In this document: positions 59,802-62,246 of the stretch, piece by piece
How positions within the stretch are numbered: position 1 is the first letter of the stretch
Layout of the letters: every line of letters starts with the position of its first letter
From: a virus
Lineage: Duplodnaviria; Caudoviricetes
IMG/VR virus record: IMGVR_UViG_3300022821_000020
Span: 1 to 62,246 of that record
Length of the DNA: 62,246 bases
Reading direction: 5' to 3' (one strand)
Position numbers and translations under genes: made by a program
Notes under the pieces: generated by a model
The model's input: only the letters and a program-made list of their open reading frames with translations
What the model was told of the DNA's origin: nothing
The model's database searches: none

Positions 59802-61934
59802 ATGTTTAAAGCAGGTGACAAGGCTCTCACAAACAAGGGAAACAGGATTGTTGAAATTCGACGAACTCTCCAGGCTGACAACTCACCAGGGTGGGGGCAG
59901 GTCGAAACAGAAGACGGCGTTTACTGGGAGCGGGAACTTCACCAGGCTCACCAGACAGTCTTGGACACTATCGAGGCTAAGGAGCAGGACTTTATAGGTG
60001 AGATGAGCGAAGCGATGGCGGAAGTTTTCGATGAAGTTCCTTGGAAGCTGACTGGCAAACTCAACAAACTTCTTAATGAGGCCAATCTAAAAGTCGATTT
60101 CCGAGGACACTGGAAAAATGGTTCTGCACTTTATGACTCGGCGCACTTCACTAAGAAGATGATGAGACATCAACTTTTCTTGGGCGTTGAGAGAAAGAAC
60201 ATTGAAGACCTAATTGAAGTTCTTGTGCACAACAAGAAGAAGCAAGCCCTCAAGAAGCTCGATAGGTGGATTGGACTTGGGCAGTCTGTAGGTTTAGGCT
60301 CATCAGCCTGCACTTACTGTGCCAAAGACAACTTCCAGCTTGAAACGGATGGCATTACTGTTCGATTACTTGGGGATACCTGCCCAGTGCCTGAAGGCTT
60401 CGAGCCTAATGTGTGGGAGTTGAACGTGCCCAGCGGAAAACTGGTCATTGAGAACGGCCTTAGCAATTGGTTTCCGCTTCCTGAAGGAGACCTCGATTGC
60501 GATATCAATACGATTATTGGCTGCCGTGAATATTCACAACTTCATGCTGCCATTGGTCTGTCTTTTGGGTTTGTTGGCAATACTTGCCCAAGTGTAGTAG
60601 AAGGTGAAAAGAAGGACTCCTACAGAATCGCCAATGGCAGCTCAGAAAAGGAGCTGGCGAACATCTGCACCGACCTTTGGTGGTATTCAATTTGTGATTA
60701 CGAAGAACTCGAACGCCGACTGGAAAAGTTCGGTGACCACGGTGACAGAGGAATGTCGCAATTCACTGTTATCGATGTGAAACCTGGGGTATACCAATTC
60801 AATCACTATGACGAAGCAGATTGCCATGCTACAGAAGTGCTTTTTGCAGACTTCGCATGGGTCCGTGAGCCAGGCCCCGTGAAGGATTTTCTCGGCGAAT
60901 GCTCTGAGTTGCCCGAAGTCAATCCACACGCATACGTACAACGTCAGTGTCAGCAGTGGCCAACCCTTTATGGCAAGACGGGAAGTTATCCTTATGACGA
61001 AGTGCCAGTGCCCTGGGAGCAAATGTCAGAAGAGGATCAACATCATTCCTGGGAACGTGTAGCCAACCAAATTTTCTTCACCCTCGGAGGCGGGACCTCG
61101 TGGCACGAAAATGGTTTTCCAGCTGAAAAGGTCGCCAAGGACGTTGTCGATATTGAACCCCCAAGCTTTCGTTACCAGGTTAACTGGTACCCTTTTTCGA
61201 AGGGTTACGGCGGGCTTTTTGGCGATGTCAAACTAAGCAACAGTTTTGCTAGGCTCGCATTCCGTTGTCTTGAGTCGATTATTTCTTTTGGGATGAAAGT
61301 TAGTGATAGTGAAAGATGCCGCCACACTTACCAGGCCCGTAGTAGAATGAGCATGGCGGTAACCAAGTACCGAGAAATGGCACAACTTTACCCAGAAGCA
61401 GCCGATCCTGAATATGTTTGGTGGCTTTCTGAGAAGGGGCGAGCAGAAGCCTGGGTGGAACGATTTGATCTTGGTCCGAAGTACACTGAAAAACACCGCA
61501 AATACGTCCAGGCTCAGCGTTGGGTTCCCGATGATGCTTATGCAATTGAGTTTGACACACGAAAGATATCGGATGGGCAGTTTACTGGAAAAAATGGCTG
61601 TTGGTCATCAAAAGCCTCGGCTGATGGTTTTGCTATCCTAGAATGGGGTGACTTTGAGCCAGGTGAGAACCCTGAAGACAACTGTTTTTGGGCGAGTCAC
61701 GCAGAAAGAACGGCAGTACCTCTTTATTCGGTGGCCAGAGTTGTGAAAGTCGGAGAAGTCTCACATATGGGTCGGACACTTGTAGAGCTTTCATATGACT
61801 ATGGGACCGAATGGATGCGTTCAGCAACAACCCGCAAGGCAGTTGAAGAAAAGGTGCATAAACAAGGCATTCGTGTTCTCTCTAAAGAGGAATATAATGA
61901 GCTTTTGCCAACAGCAAGAAACTTTTCATCATAA
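59802..61934 (+). CDS. large hypothetical phage protein (710 aa)
   Basis: long ORF; VPSGKLVI, FVGNTCP, ICTDLWW motifs. Confidence 0.75.
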   Translation: MFKAGDKALTNKGNRIVEIRRTLQADNSPGWGQVETEDGVYWERELHQAHQTVLDTIEAKEQDFIGEMSEAMAEVFDEVPWKLTGKLNKLLNEANLKVDFRGHWKNGSALYDSAHFTKKMMRHQLFLGVERKNIEDLIEVLVHNKKKQALKKLDRWIGLGQSVGLGSSACTYCAKDNFQLETDGITVRLLGDTCPVPEGFEPNVWELNVPSGKLVIENGLSNWFPLPEGDLDCDINTIIGCREYSQLHAAIGLSFGFVGNTCPSVVEGEKKDSYRIANGSSEKELANICTDLWWYSICDYEELERRLEKFGDHGDRGMSQFTVIDVKPGVYQFNHYDEADCHATEVLFADFAWVREPGPVKDFLGECSELPEVNPHAYVQRQCQQWPTLYGKTGSYPYDEVPVPWEQMSEEDQHHSWERVANQIFFTLGGGTSWHENGFPAEKVAKDVVDIEPPSFRYQVNWYPFSKGYGGLFGDVKLSNSFARLAFRCLESIISFGMKVSDSERCRHTYQARSRMSMAVTKYREMAQLYPEAADPEYVWWLSEKGRAEAWVERFDLGPKYTEKHRKYVQAQRWVPDDAYAIEFDTRKISDGQFTGKNGCWSSKASADGFAILEWGDFEPGENPEDNCFWASHAERTAVPLYSVARVVKVGEVSHMGRTLVELSYDYGTEWMRSATTRKAVEEKVHKQGIRVLSKEEYNELLPTARNFSS

Positions 61935-62092
61935 AATTACTGAATGACAAACAAGGGCAAAATTAGCAAAGTCGTTTATCCAGGTGGCGGAATAAAGCTA
62001 AATATCAATGCCAAGAGTAACGTGAAGTTTCGTCTTGGTGTCGGCCTTATTGTTATCGCCTCGTTGCTCATTCTTCTACTTGCGAGCGAAGA

Positions 62093-62246
62093 ATGAGCAA
62101 TGAATCGCCCAAGCTTGTGTGTCTCAAAGACAACAATGGAACGAAGCGTTGGTATCTAAATGGTAAGAAACACAGGACCGATGGTCCTGCGGTTGAACGT
62201 GCCAACGGAACCAAATATTGGTACCTGAATGGTCAGAGACACAGGA
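62093..62246 (+). CDS. HRTDGPA repeat protein I (partial, runs off window end)
   Basis: MSNESPKLVCLKDNNGTKRWYLNGKKHRTDGPAVERANGTKYWYLNGQRHR. Confidence 0.88.
   Translation, partial: MSNESPKLVCLKDNNGTKRWYLNGKKHRTDGPAVERANGTKYWYLNGQRHR

Noticed and set aside
59294-59881. 195-aa minus-strand ORF
   Set aside because: Antisense shadow of the zinc-knuckle gene.
1-62246. Alternative genetic code (stop-codon recoding) as in some huge phages
   Set aside because: Conserved genes are full length in the standard code, end in TAA, TAG and TGA, and no suppressor tRNA is present.

Overview
Gene-dense, mostly + strand fragment (~45% GC by eye, standard genetic code) that looks like the accessory or early region of a jumbo/huge bacteriophage. 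No capsid, terminase or polymerase gene is in the window, so this is inferred from gene content. It carries many short hypothetical ORFs, two Leu tRNAs, host-like translation and proteostasis genes (LysRS, IF-1, a mini EF-Ts, TrmH, GroES, DnaJ, ClpP, IscA), NAD salvage genes (NAMPT, CinA-like, NMNAT-like), RNA repair and nucleotide enzymes, and two DNA methyltransferases. Standout structures: (1) a dispersed family of nine loci (seven complete genes, one truncated by the window edge, one collapsed zero-repeat remnant) built from 69-nt/23-aa 'HRTDGPA' modules, whose near-invariant DNA core is a palindrome (CAGGACC-GAT-GGTCCTG) and whose modules are shared as mosaics between distant loci; (2) an RNA ligase gene fractured at its catalytic motif by a naturally split intein, with a free-standing Vsr-like endonuclease between the halves; (3) an HNH-type endonuclease inserted in the NAMPT 5' end and flanked by an exact 70-bp duplication that restores the host gene; (4) a recurrent TTCA(A/C)A-N17-TAnnAT promoter, often placed to give leaderless mRNAs. 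All product calls are from motif recognition by eye; no searches were run.
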